NCBI RefSeq assembly: GCF_018977255.1
Contig: NW_024704743.1
Coordinates: forward strand, 110,610,001-110,674,000
Length of the DNA stretch: 64,000 bases
Reading direction: 5' to 3'
Source: Callorhinchus milii
Taxonomy: Eukaryota
A program made the position numbers and the translations under genes. Below are positions 13,561 to 26,240 of this stretch, in pieces; position 1 is the stretch's first letter; each line of letters begins with the position of its first letter. The notes beneath the pieces were generated by a model. It had not been told where the DNA came from. It worked only from the letters and a program-made list of their open reading frames with translations, and did no database searches.

Positions 13561-14624
13561 CTGTATCAAATTGGTATATTAATGCTTTTTCAGAGTTTAG
13601 GAAATGTGAGTAACACAAAAACACACTGTCACTGCATTTTACAGCATATCCTCTGAAGCGGTTTGGGTGCTAAACCAAATGTAAGGATTATTATTATTCT
13701 CGCAACTGTGTACATCACTGTCTAATACAATTCCTACAAAGAATGTAAACTGTTACCACACCTTATTACTTCAAAATATCTCGATATGCTTCACAGTAAT
13801 TATTGTTAAGCAAAACAGGTTTACTATTGCGACAACACATCATCAGTAATAATATTATTATTATTATTGTTATTCTCAGTAGGTAAAACTAAAATGTCTC
13901 ACAAAGGTCTAAGAGCAGCTCATGTTCGGTATTAGTAGTTAAACAATCCAGCATTTGGTGAATTTTGCTTCAAAATGAAGGATTATTGGCCAGGTCTTGT
14001 AGAAACTCGCTTCTCTTTCCAATTTTTGTTTTAAAATGTAGTGTGTCCAACTAGTTTTGTAAATTTCTCTTCCTCTCTGCTCCTGGTCTGGTAGCTCTTG
14101 TTTTCTGGAGTGCGATAACACAGACCTCAAATGCCCTCAGGTATCTCCCACCCAGTGAACATTGCTCATGTTCTGATGGTGCACCTCCATTTGACTGGAG
14201 AGGGTGTCACGATCGAGCTTGACCTCTCCTCACCCAGGTGCCACACATGTACACAGAGTGGAAACAGCAACAACTTGCATTTATAAAGCACCCTTCACAC
14301 AGTGTAGTGTCCTGGAATGCTTCCCGGAGGTTTTTCCCCCTCGTGGATACCCCAATTTTGAGGTCCCCAAACCTTTGCTTTTGCCAATCTAGGCTTAATA
14401 TTCTCCAAATTTGGATAAAGCAGGGTGCATCTCTCTAGGGAGAGAGTAACATTTCATTCCAGACACAGGGAAATTTACCTGTGTAGTTGGTATACACAAG
14501 TGGAACTTGATCTAGTTTGAATGCTCTTAAGCATGGTGATTGGTTTCTGCATGTGTCAGACACATGACTATCCAAAAAAGTCCAGTGCAACTTAACAAGT
14601 AAAATAAACTACATATAATATACA

Positions 14625-14732
14625 CAGGGTGACGATAAAGTCATGATAATTATCCTATTATCTAAAAAAAATCATAATTTCTTTAAGACTTATTAAACAT
14701 TGTAATGGTATCATGACGTTTTGGTCACCCTG
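14625..14732. mobile_element. Tc1/mariner-type MITE (108 bp)
   Basis: TIRs CAGGGTGACGATAAAGTCATGATA / TATCATGACGTTTTGGTCACCCTG in a TA-rich site; TA on the right, CA on the left. Confidence 0.7.
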
Positions 14733-16799
14733 TATATAATATATATACATATATTTATATAGTACTCACTACAACTTAATTCAATTTCTTCCCCTCTAAC
14801 TCAGCCATGATAATCAAATCACTGCACGTTGTCTCCATGGCTACAAACCAAGTTTTTAATATGCCTGAGCAATTAACATTGCTAAAATGCACAGAGCATG
14901 CTCTCTCTTGTCTGCTTATTCTAAGATCACAATGTTAAACCATAATGCAAGCAATATTCCCTTTAAACAGACGTCATACTGTTAACAGTGCAATCGCAAG
15001 CCAAACACCTGAGGCACAGATGGTGCCCAGAAAGATTGAGCTCCAAGTAATAATTTATTTGTGAGGTGAATAGGCTTCTTTGGGGTATTTTTTATACTTC
15101 ATTAGTTTCTCCAGAAGTGAAGGTCAACCGTTTCCATTGTGGGCGGTGACAGCAGCAGATTTTCCAAAAGTGTAGATTAATCTCAACTGCAACAAGATAC
15201 AACTAAGGTCCTGTCTGCCTGTTTAGGTAAAGATCCTGGTAAAGATCCTTGCACTGTTCGATAAGAGGAGGGAGTTTCTCCAGGTGTCCTGGCCAACGAT
15301 CCCTAAATAAAATTGGTCACTCAATCCACGATTGTTTGTGGGACACTGTTGTGCGCAATTGTCTGCTGTGTTTCACCCCCAAAATACACCATCAATCCAT
15401 TTTAAGGTATATCCTGTGAAGCGCTTTGAGACGTCTCAACAAATGGTAAGGCACTATATCAAATACAAGCATTATTATTGATAGTTTTTATTAAGATACA
15501 CATACAGTTGGCAGCATTCTCGTTTCTGAGTCAGAAGGTTGTGGGTTCAATCTTTAATCCCCATGTCAGGACTTTGAACTCATAGTCCAGGCTGATGATC
15601 CAGGGCAGTGCTGGGGATGTGTTGCAGTGTTGAAGTTGCTGTCCTTTAGATGAGATGTTAAACCGAGTCCCATGCTGGGATGGATGGCTGGGGGTCACCT
15701 ACAAATACACAGTTTAAGGTGTATCTGATGTAGCAGTTTGAACTTTTTATTTAATTCACCTTATAAAATGCAAATGTTGTATAAGTAATAAGTATAACAC
15801 AATCTGCAAACTTCATCTGCAACCACATTTGCAAGCTAGAGCATTTATCTAGAAATCACACAGTAACTGCACTTTACAGTATACCCTGTGAAATGCTTTG
15901 AGACATCCTCTCATAGGTCTATTGCTAATAAAATGTAATGTGTTTTCATTTGATGTTTCTGGTCATTATAAGAAACGTAGACCTGGATGGTTGAAAGAAC
16001 AGGCATAGGTCATCTACTCTGTACATCGGCCACTGGTATAGCACTGAGCATTGCACTTAGTCATGTCCTGAGCATAGCAGAGTTTTAGGAACTGTATCGT
16101 GGGCTGTTTTTAAACTTTCAAAGGCATTGCTCCTAGGTCATGCCTAGGAAAGATAGCCTCGTACCATCTGTATCTGCTTGCGGGGTAATCTATGCTTCCC
16201 ACACTGTTTGACCTTGCAATCCCTTGTGTGTAAGATGCAGCCTGAGACTTTTTGCAAACATTATAATTGTTCAGAGAAATGTTTCCACTTACTGTTGATG
16301 GAAATTATAATATTTAGAATTCGGTTTAACCTCACCAACTAATAGATGGGTTAAAATAATCCCACGTAATGCCAGCGTGAACAACATCTGAAACATAGAC
16401 CAGTCAAAATCCAACCTTTAATATTTAACATTAATTTCATACTTGGGGGACAAATTCTTCCCTGCCTCCTATTCTAAGATACTTGGAATAAACGGACCAT
16501 CAATGAGTACAGTACTCCCTATTCTCCACACTTATGTACGTTTAATTCCATGTGGCACATATTGCTTCACACCAGAGCTGTGTTGCTTTATCCTATCAGC
16601 AAGATCTTCAGAGTGTGCTACAAACCATGTCATCCAATTATAAGACTAGGTATTAAAGTTCAGACTGAGAGGGAGCGGTTGCAGGCAATAGGCACAACTA
16701 GTGCCTGAAGGCAATGACTGGAAACATGTATAAACAAGTGACTGGAAACTTTTTCAAAAGAAGAAACTAAATTATATTGATCGCTTCACTGTTATTAAC

Positions 16800-17095
16800 A
16801 GGGGGGGAGGAGGGTGATCAAAGCAACGGTCAAAGAGGAGGGTCTTGAGATGGTCTTGAAGGAGGCAAGGGAGAGGGCGAGCGGAGGGAGCCGGCAGGTT
16901 GGTGGGGTGTTAGGAGGTCACAGAGGTAGGGGGGAGCAAGGCCAGGGAGGGCTTTGAAGGTGAGGACCAGGATCTTGAACTCTATCCGCTGTGTGATGGA
17001 AAGCCAGTGGAGTTGAGCGAGCGAGGCTGGAGGTGATAGAGCCTGGTGCGGGAGAGGACACAGGCTGCAGAGTTCTGGATGATTTGCTGCCTATG
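16800..17095 (-). mobile_element. L2 fragment
   Basis: Homologous to 6290-6660. Confidence 0.8.
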
Positions 17096-17167
17096 GAACA
17101 CCATGTACACACATGTACAGAGAGAATTGTATCAGCACTCCTGTAGTCCACAACAAATCCTTTTTAA

Positions 17168-17470
17168 ATAATAATAATCCTTGCATTTGATATAGCGCTT
17201 TTCACGTCGGGAGGACGTCCCAAAGCGCTTCACAGAACACACTGTAAAGTGAATTGACTGTATATTTGTGGGCGAACGCGGCAGCCAATTGCGCACAGAA
17301 ATGTCCCACAAACAGTCGTAGATTGAAAATGACCAATTTTATTATTGTTTTTGGTTTTGGAGGGATTATTATTAGGCGTGTGGAGTAAGGAAACTTGCCC
17401 AAGGTTTCGCCCTGCCTGAAATTGAACTCAGGTCTCTCGCTCGCAAAGCGACTGCTCTAACCACTGAGCT
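17168..17470 (-). mobile_element. Young SINE, near full length
   Basis: As 701-1014. Confidence 0.92.
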
Positions 17471-19797
17471 TTTGGTTGTTATCTGCATAATTAGGGCATC
17501 TGTAAGTCTCTCTATATAACTGTCTAAACATGCCTTAATCAAAGATTGAGGATAGCAGTTACCGGAAACCCCTAGCAAGCTTCCTGACATGATACTTTTG
17601 TGGGAAGATTGCCACCATCCTCCCACTCACATTTCCTACCCATTGAGCAATGATTCCACCAAATGGAGCTGTGGAGCATCTGCTTATCTCTCTGCATACC
17701 ATTCAATGAAGTTATCAAACCCTGGATATATGAACATTTGTTTGGAATACTGTATAGACTCCAGACAACTCCTTCTAGCAGCTGCACAGTCAATACAATT
17801 TGCAGTATCAAAAACAGATTGCTGGGAACACTCAGCAGGTCAGGCAGCATTTATGGAGAAAGGAAAGTGGGTCAACATTTTGGGTCCATCGTTTTACACT
17901 TTACAGTATATCCTGTGAGCGCTTTGAGACATCTCAGTCTGACGCAGTGGTAGCACTCTCGCCTCTGTGTCAGAAGGTTGTGGGTCTCGGTGCGACATGC
18001 CAACCAGGTTCAAATCCATTTAGTGCTGAGTAAGCCGTGTGCAAGGCTTACTCAGAGCCAGCTGCTTAATCCAAGACTTCAAATGAAGGGCTTTACCAAA
18101 TAAACATGTTGCTGTGAAGCTGACTTTGCCTCCAGGATGTTCAGTAATGAGTCAGTGGAGGCCAGAGCCCTCCTTTGCCTTACTTTCATAATAAGAATGT
18201 ATCATTTCACCAATAGGTTCTCCATTCTCTCACAGATAATAATCACATTGCTCAAAATGTAGTAGTTCACAACCAGCAGTTTAGGCATTTCCTATCAAAA
18301 GAAGAGTTTATATTTATGGGACTTAGGCATCTGAACAAGAAAAAAAAAATTGGGAATGTACAAAAGCAACAACTTACATTTTTAGATAATGCCCTTCATG
18401 TAGGATAATGTCTTGGGAGTGTTGTACAATGGCACTTAAAAAAATATTACAAATGCGATCAGTGTGACAAGGTAAACCCTATTTAACAACAACATCAAAA
18501 TTACATTTGTGAAGTGTCTTTCACATTGGGAGGACGTCCCAAGATGCTGGACAGAAGAAGTTACGGACCTGAGCTGGGACTCGAGGATGGTGTAGGGCAG
18601 GGGGGGGGGGAAAGCAGGGAGATCAAAAGCACGGTCGAAGAGGAGAGTCTTGAGATGGGTCTTGAAGGTGGCAAGGGAAGGGGTGAGGCAGGTGGCCTGC
18701 AGCATGGAGTTCCAGAGGGGTGAGCAAGGCAGGTCCCGTGAGGCAGGCCGGAACCCACTGAGCGGAGGGAGCGAGCAGGATGGTAGGGGGTTAGGAGGTC
18801 GCAGAAGTAGGGGGGAGCAAGACCATGGAGGGCTTTGAAGGTGAGGACTTGGATTTTGGATTGTATCCTCTGTGTGATGGGAAGCCAGAGGAGTCAGGTG
18901 AGGATGGGGGCAGAAGACCCACCCGCCAATGGTGGGGCAGGCGAAGTGGGGGTGTGAAGCAGACTGGAGCCCGCTGAGTGGAGGGAGCGGGCAGGATGGT
19001 AGGGGTTTAGAAGATCACAGAGCCTGGTGAAGGAAAGGACACGAGCTACAGAGTTCTGGATGATCTGCAGCCTGTGGAGGGAGGAGTTGGGGAGGCCGAC
19101 AAGCAATGAGTTTGCATAGTTGAGCCTCGATACAATGAAAGCGTGTATGAGGGTTTCGGTGGCCTGCGGTGTGAGACAGTGGCGGAGCCGGGCGATGTTG
19201 CGGAGGTGGGGGGGAAGGCAGAGCGGGTCATGGCACAGATGTGGGTTAGAAAGGATAGTTGAGCATCAAACAAGACCCCAAGGTTCTGGACTGGCTTAAC
19301 AAGGTGGAGTGTGCAACCTCGGATGGTGATGCTGTCAGCGCCTGAGGTGAGGAGGCGCTGATGGGAGCCAATCAGGAGGGCCTCGGTTTTGTTGACATTC
19401 AACTGAAGAAAGTTACCTCTCATCCAGGACTTGATGTCTGACAGACATTTTTTCAGCACAGCAGTGGTTCTGGAGTCGAGGGTGGAAGCCAAGAGGTAGA
19501 GTGTCATTTGCTTACATGTGGAAGTTGACCCCCATGTCTGTGGATGATGTCACCAAGAGGGAGCATATAGATATTGAAGAGGAGGGGACCAAGAACAGAG
19601 CCCTGAGGAACGCCGCACGAGACAGTGCGGGGGCAAGAGTAGAAACCGTCTTGGGAGATGAAGTGGAGGTGGTGGGAGAGGTACGATTTGAACCAGTCAA
19701 GGACAGAGCCATGAAGGTTGAGGTGAGAGGAGAGGCGGTGAATGAGGATAGAATGGTCAACGGTGTCAAAAGCAGCAGAGAGGTCAAGGAATACGAG

Positions 19798-20846
19798 TGT
19801 TAGAATATACACTTTTTGTATACTGCTAGAATCATAATAGATGTTGTGAATGGGTTAACTTTTAAGTTAAGTGTGGGGGACAACTGGACTGACAGTCATG
19901 GGATAGGACTCATATGGTTTTCTCTGTTTTTGAAAGAATAACAGACAGGGGCAGGGGGTCACTTCTTATCAGTAAATGACAACAAGCCCACAGAGGTAAT
20001 GGTCCAAGGTACCCGTCGACACAGGATCTCGACTGAGCAATAAGTCGCTTGATTCTGACAGGGCCTGCCAAGCGACAGAAGGCAACCCTCAAGAATAGCA
20101 ATTAATGAGCAAGTTGCTTAAACTAGAGGGCCTTGGTACCATCCCAGGATACTGATAAAAAATAACCAGTCACTTAAAAGGAATGTACTAATGATCCCAC
20201 ACCACAAAATAATGAGCACCAGATACAGTCCTAAACTGATCAATCCTCTATCTTAGACAATTAGATCAGATAACAGGGGTCTTAAGGACAATGTGTATGT
20301 GTGTGAGGCACGTACACCCCATGAGGTGCTCACGTACACCCAGCATGATTTCGACCAGGTGATCTAATGTCCGCACCATGATTGGATGAACATTGGTATA
20401 AGAGTTCTGTTAACTTTGTGTACGGGGCTGTCCCGGGTCGTGGAGACAAGGATAAGAGAGATGGAGCCGTCCCGGGTCGTGGAGACAAGAATAAGAGAGA
20501 TGGAGCCGTCCCGGGTCGCGGAGACAAGGGTATGGGAGATGGAAGACTGAGAGCTAGAAACACTAAGACTGAGGATATCAGATGGAAGATTGAAAGCTGT
20601 AAGCAAGAAGACTGAAAGCATGAAGAATCAAGCTTGTGTGCTGGAAAGACACAGTGTTGAACTCTTGAACTCGAGATATCTATAGTGGTGTTATTCTGGT
20701 ATAAGATCTGTTGATTGTACCGGCCTTTGGTCTGACCCATCGGGATATCTGGGAATAACGTACGAATAATAATAAAATAGTCTGATATCTGGTTAGAGGA
20801 ATTAGCGTTATTTCCTTACAGATTTGGCTGATTTTATTTTCTAACA
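19798..20846 (+). mobile_element. Solo LTR (1049 bp) of an ERV or LTR retrotransposon inserted in an L2
   Basis: Termini TGTTAGAA...TTCTAACA (TG..CA, 8-bp inverted repeat). 4-bp TSD CGAG/CGAA. Splits the L2 RT motif [13 protein letters not shown]. Internal ATTGG x2 (20381, 20392), TATAAG 20397-20402, AATAAA 20771-20776. Confidence 0.85.
20424..20540 (+). repeat. 3 x 39-bp tandem repeat inside the solo LTR
   Basis: Units of GGAGCCGTCCCGGGTCGTGGAGACAAGRATAAGAGAGAT start at 20424, 20463 and 20502. Confidence 0.95.
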
Positions 20847-22144
20847 CGAAGAGGCAGAGGGAGCCATGGTTGCAGATGGCCAAAATATCATTTGTCACTT
20901 TGACCAGGGCTGTTTCTGTGCTGTGGGCAGCACGGAAACCCGATTGGAGGGAGTGGCGGGAGAGGAAGGCGCGGAGCTGAGAAGCAACAACTCATTCCAG
21001 GGCCTTGGAGAGGAAAGGGAAGTTGGAGATGGGATGGTAGTTAGGGAGTAGAGAAGGGTCCAGGGAGGGATTTTGTTAAGGATAGGAGTGATGACAGTGG
21101 TTTTTAATGGGGTGGGAACAGTACCAGAGAATAGGGAGAAGTTTATGATGTCAGTGAGTTGAGGAGCAAGGAGTTGGAGCTGAAAGGTAAGGAAAGGACT
21201 AGGGATGGGGTCAAGGGAGCAGGTGGTCGGTTTCATGTGGGTTATGGTGGTGATAAGAGAGGAGGGGGAAGACAGGTTTGAAGGTGTGGAGGGAGGGATG
21301 GGTAGGGGCTGGCTGGAGGAGGTAGCAGATGCAGCAGCAGCTGAGTGGATTCCCTCGACTTTGGATTCGAGGAAGTCGAGCATCGTCTCGCAGTTGGCAT
21401 TTGAGGTGAGGATGGGTGAGTCGTGAGAGGGTGGGCGGAGGAGCCTGGGGTTGTCCTTAGCCTCCAAGATTGTCTTGGAGTAGAATGATGATTTAGCAGA
21501 GGCGAGGGCGGAGCAGTGGGATTTGATATGGCCCAGCCAGATGCGTTGATGGACCGTTAGATTTGATTTAAGCCAGGTGTGCTCCACGGAACGCATCTGT
21601 ACTTTAAGGGAGCGGAGGTGGCTGGTTTATCAAGGTGATTTAAGTGAATAGGAGATAGTTCTGGAAGAGAGGGGAGCAAGGGAATCGAGAGTGGAAGAGA
21701 GGGAGCTGTGGAGAAGAGTGACTGAGGAGGATAGGTCACTGTGGGAGGACGCCCAGAGGGGAAGGAGTTCAGATGACACCAAGGCAACCGAGAGGGGCGG
21801 GGGAAGGTTTTTTTGCAGGGGCGGTAGGAGATGGGGGTGGGTTGGTGCAGCGGGGACAGTTAAGGGAGATGAAATGATGGACCGAGATTGCTTTGTCGAT
21901 GATGGTGAGGTCCAAGATGGTGAGGCCCCGAGTGATCACCAAGTCGAGGGGGTGACCGCGGACATGGTGGTGGAATGGATGCGGATGGAGAGATTGAGGG
22001 AGGAGATAAGGGAGGAAATGTCAGCAGAGATAGAGTAGGAGGGGGTGGAGGGAAGGTTGAAATCATCTAGGATGAGGAGGCGTTCGGAGCAGAGGGAGAG
22101 GGAACTCTCAAACTGCACGCAAACCTCCAGAAGGAAGAGGTGTA

Positions 22145-22740
22145 ACAATAACATCAACGAATTACATTTATATAGCGCCTTTCACATTCGAAAAACATCC
22201 CAAGCCGCTGGACAGATAAGGGTTTGCACCTGAGCTGCAGATTGGAATCAAGAGCGGTGGAGGATAGGAAGGTGGCCGAAGGTAGGTCAAAGAGGAAATG
22301 GGCCTTGAAGGAGGCGAGGGAAAGGATGAAGCGGAGGGATTTCGGGTGGGGGCAGAAAAACTGAAGGTGCGACCACCAATGTGGGGTGGATAGGGTGGGG
22401 GACATGGAGCAGGCCAGTACCTAGAAAACAGAGGGAGAAGAAAGATTTGCATGGAGTCAAGAGGATGCTGAGGTAGGGAGGAGAAAGGCCGTGGAGGACT
22501 TTAAAAGTGAGGACGAGGATTTTAAACTCGATCCTCTGAGGGCTGGGGAGCCAGGCGAGGATGGGGTGGGGTGGGGGGGAAAATCGGTTCAGCACTTGGT
22601 GCAGGAGAGAACCCGAGCTGCAGAGTTCTGCTTAATCTTCATTTTACGGAGGGAAGAATTGGGGAATCTGGCAAGCAAGGGATTTGTGCAGTCGAGCCTG
22701 GACATGATGAGTGCATGAATGAGTGTCTCGACTGAAATAA
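22145..22740 (-). mobile_element. L2 LINE 3' fragment
   Basis: ETLIHALIMSRLD, QRIEFKILVLTFK and the L2 3' tail. Confidence 0.85.
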
Positions 22741-23440
22741 TGGACTGAGATGACTTTATCAATGACGGCATTAAGGTTAGGGCTGTTTAAGACTCCAACC
22801 TCTGCTAATGTTAATACGTTTTCCTTCTGTGATCCTCCATCACGCTTCACAGAATCTTTTAGTGATAAATATCCCATTTAACCACCAGATAATTGCCTCT
22901 CATGTTTCACTTCTGGAACGCTTGTAACAAAGTGGTTGTTTATTGGAGTCACATACTATTTATTCCCTTGCTCAGCATCACCTCCACCCTCACACTTTCT
23001 ATGTTCCTTTTATGAATAGGGGTCCAAGGGCCCATTTCCAGACAACTGTGATAAATAGCACAGTATTGTGGTTGGAGGTCTTATCTTTTTCACTTGGAAG
23101 ACCAAGTTTTCCATCAGGGGAAATTTGGGTGATGTAGGGATGCCAGAGTTGTTTCTCAGGAACTAATAAGAAAACATCAAATAAGCCTATCTACATTTCC
23201 GTCCTGAACACACATACATGGAATATTTTCCCACAGTGTGATTGGGAACAATTGCTGACATTTCCTAGTGCTTTGTAAAGAGTAAGTGAAAGGTGCGAAG
23301 TTAACCGTCAAAGTATGTTACTAAAGATTTAACGGTGACTAACTGTTGTGGAATGGAGTATTGTTTATGTTTAGATTTGTGCCTCTGGTGGCAAGACAAA
23401 TGTCGATCAAAATGGCTTTTGCTGCCATTGCCATTATTGA

Positions 23441-23780
23441 AGTCCCATAGTGTATTGGTTAGAGCACTCACTTCGCAAATGAGAGGACCTGGGTTTGATT
23501 CCCAGGCGAGGCGAAACCTTAGGCAGGTTTCCTTATTCCTTCCGCCTCTCTTTACCTAGCAGTAAGTAGGAATCCAGTTGTTAGTTGATTGCCAGATCGC
23601 TTTCTGGGAGTTATAATCCCTTCAAAAAATAAATAAATAAAATAATAATAATTTGGTCACTCCGGCCATGACTGTTTATGGAACACTTCTGTGCGTAATT
23701 GGCTGCCATGTTTCGCCCACAAAATATAGTCAATTCACCTTACAGCATATTCTTTGAAGATCTTTGAGACATCTCAGCAG
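23441..23780 (+). mobile_element. Older-subfamily SINE
   Basis: Carries the extra ~60-bp TTTACCTAGCAGTAAGTAGGAA segment. Confidence 0.85.
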
Positions 23781-24059
23781 TCTCCACACCCCTTCAAGCC
23801 TTTATCTTTCATATTCTTCTCTGCTTCCCAATTGATAAATTAACCAGTAATCTCTTAAAGGACATCCTTAGATCCTGGGTAAGTTGAGCAACTTAAGATT
23901 TCCTCTCTTTAGCTCCATCACAGAATATTGTTGATATCTGCTTTGAACCTTGATGCTTGTTTCCATCCATGGATACCTGTGTTTTTAAATTCAAGTAGTT
24001 ACGTTACACATTTTGCCTGTTTTATTGATATACACGTGTATTTCTATGTATTCATGGTT

Positions 24060-24808
24060 ATACACTCCACCTTGCTAAGCCAGCCCGGAACCTTGGGGTC
24101 TTTTTGACCCTCAACTATCCTTTCTACCCCACATCTGCGCCATGACCTGCTCTGCCTTCCCCCACCTCCACAACGTCGCCCGGCTCCGCCACTGTCTCAT
24201 ACCACAAGCCACCGAAACCCTCATAGATGCTTTCATTACATCGAGGCTTGACTATGCAAACTCATTGTCGGCCTCCCCAACTCCTCCCTCCACAGGCTGC
24301 AGATCATCCAGAACTCTGCAGCACGTGTCCTCTTTAGGCTCCGTGACCCTAACACCCCCATCCTTGCTCAACTCCACTGGCTTCCCATCACACAGAGGAT
24401 ACAGTTCAAGATCCTGTTCCTCACATTCAAAACCCTCCATGGTCTTTCTCGCCCCTAAATCTCCGACCTCCTAATCCCCTACCACCCTGCTCACTCGCTC
24501 CGCTCAGCGGGCTCCAGCCTGCTTCACATCCCCCGCCTCGCTCGTCCCACTATTGGCGGACAGACCTTCTGCTACTCTGCACCCAACCTCTTGAACTCCA
24601 TCCCTCAGTCCCTCCATCTCACCCCCTTCCTCGCCACCTTGAAGACCCACCTCAAGACCCTCCTCTTCGACCATGCTTTTGATCTCCTTGCTTCCCCACC
24701 CTGCTCTCCACCCTCTCCCACCCCGGGTCCATAACTTTGGCTGTTCCAGCACCTTGGGACGTCGTTCTGACGTGAAAGGCGCTATACAAATGTAATTTTG
24801 TTGTTGTA
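24060..24808 (+). mobile_element. L2 3' fragment
   Basis: [18 protein letters not shown] and the L2 tail. Confidence 0.88.
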
Positions 24809-25611
24809 TTATTAGTAGCTATTAGCTGTTGACTTTATAAGATCCCCATCACAGAAATGAGCCTCTCCCCATTTTAGTTGATTTTGCTGTATTTATTCAT
24901 TAAATGGAACGGCTTCTAAACAGATTTGTTTTAAACAAATCAGGCATTTTCTAGCCACTGAAGATTTTATTTGACAACAAATTTGGCTCTGGTTCAAAGG
25001 ATATGTGTTGATTGCCTTACACTAGTTGAAAAAAAGCTGTCTTTCTGCTTTCAGGGGTTTGAAATCTTCACAGTAGCTGTCTGTCACGTTGCCAAAATAA
25101 AATCTTAGCAGTTGCCAATGCTCACTACACTCAAATGGACCTGAATTACTTTAAGCATTAAAAAAATTAGTTTAAAAAAAATGTACTGTACCTTTAATAA
25201 TAAAATAATCCTTACATCTGCTAAAGCTCCTTTCACATCTGGAGGACGTCTCAAATGCTTCACAGGATATATTGTGACTGTATTTTGTTGGTGGACAAAG
25301 CAGCCAGTTTGCTCACAGCAATGCCCTACAAACAGCCATGAAATGAATGACCAATTGTATTTGACGGATTGTTGACCAGAAAATATGAGGATCTCCTTTC
25401 TCTTTAAATATATGCTGGTGTAAGATTTTAGATTAATTTAATTCAGTTGATCAAAATTTTCACCCACAAAAAGATAGTCAATTCACTTTACAGTGCATTA
25501 TTATAATACTAATAATAAACTGTAAAGTGAATTGACTATATTTTGTGGGTGAAAATTTTGATTTACTGAATTAAATTAACCTGTAAATTTATTCTGTGAA
25601 GTGCTTTGAGA

Positions 25612-26240
25612 TGACCGCAGGCCGCCGAAACCGTCATACATGCTTTCATTACATTGAGGCTCGAATATGCAAACTCCCTGCTTGTCGGCCTCCCCAACTC
25701 CTCCCTCCACAGGCTGCAGATCATCCAGAACTCTGCAGCCCGTGTCCTCTTCCTCACTAGGCTCCTCGACCCTATCAACCCCATCCTCGCCTGACTCCAC
25801 TGGCTTCCCATCACAGAGAATACAGTTCAAGATCTTGGTCCTCACCTTGAAAACCCTCTATGGTCTTTCTCCCCCCTACCTCTGTGATCTCAGAGTCCTG
25901 TAGCTCAGTGGTTAGAGCACTCGCTTTGCAAGCGAGAGACCTGAGTTCAATTCCAGGCAGAGCGAAACCTTGGGCAAGTTTCCTTACTCCACACGCCTAA
26001 TAATAATCCCTCCAAAAACCAAAAACAATAATAAATTGGTCATTTTCAATCTACGACTGTTTGTGGGACATTGCTGTGCGCAATTGGCTGCCGCGTTCGC
26101 CCACAAATATAGTCAATTCACTTTACAGTGTGTTCTGTGAAGAGCTTTGGGACGTCCTCCCGACGTGAAAAGCGCTATATCAAATGCAAGGATTATTATT
26201 ATTATTATCTCCTACCCACTCCCTCCGCTCAGCAGGCTCA
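25612..26240 (+). mobile_element. L2 fragment interrupted by a young SINE
   Basis: [13 protein letters not shown]; resumes briefly after the SINE tail. Confidence 0.8.
25893..26207 (+). mobile_element. Young SINE, full length
   Basis: As 701-1014; an inverted head fragment follows at 26320-26464. Confidence 0.92.

Larger units (their letters stand above)
18485..22140 (-). mobile_element. Long degenerate L2 LINE (endonuclease-RT-3' tail), interrupted by the solo LTR
   Basis: Frameshifted peptides ERLLILDDFN (APE domain), [27 protein letters not shown] and [11 protein letters not shown]; 3' tail TTGGGACGTCCTCCC...GTTGTTG. Confidence 0.9.

Noticed and set aside
20424..20540. Regular repeats resembling a CRISPR array
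   Set aside because: Head-to-tail tandem units with no unique spacers, inside an LTR, in vertebrate DNA.
25893..25965. tRNA-Ala(TGC)-like sequence, also in other copies
   Set aside because: SINE head: no acceptor stem closure, and it runs directly into the SINE body.
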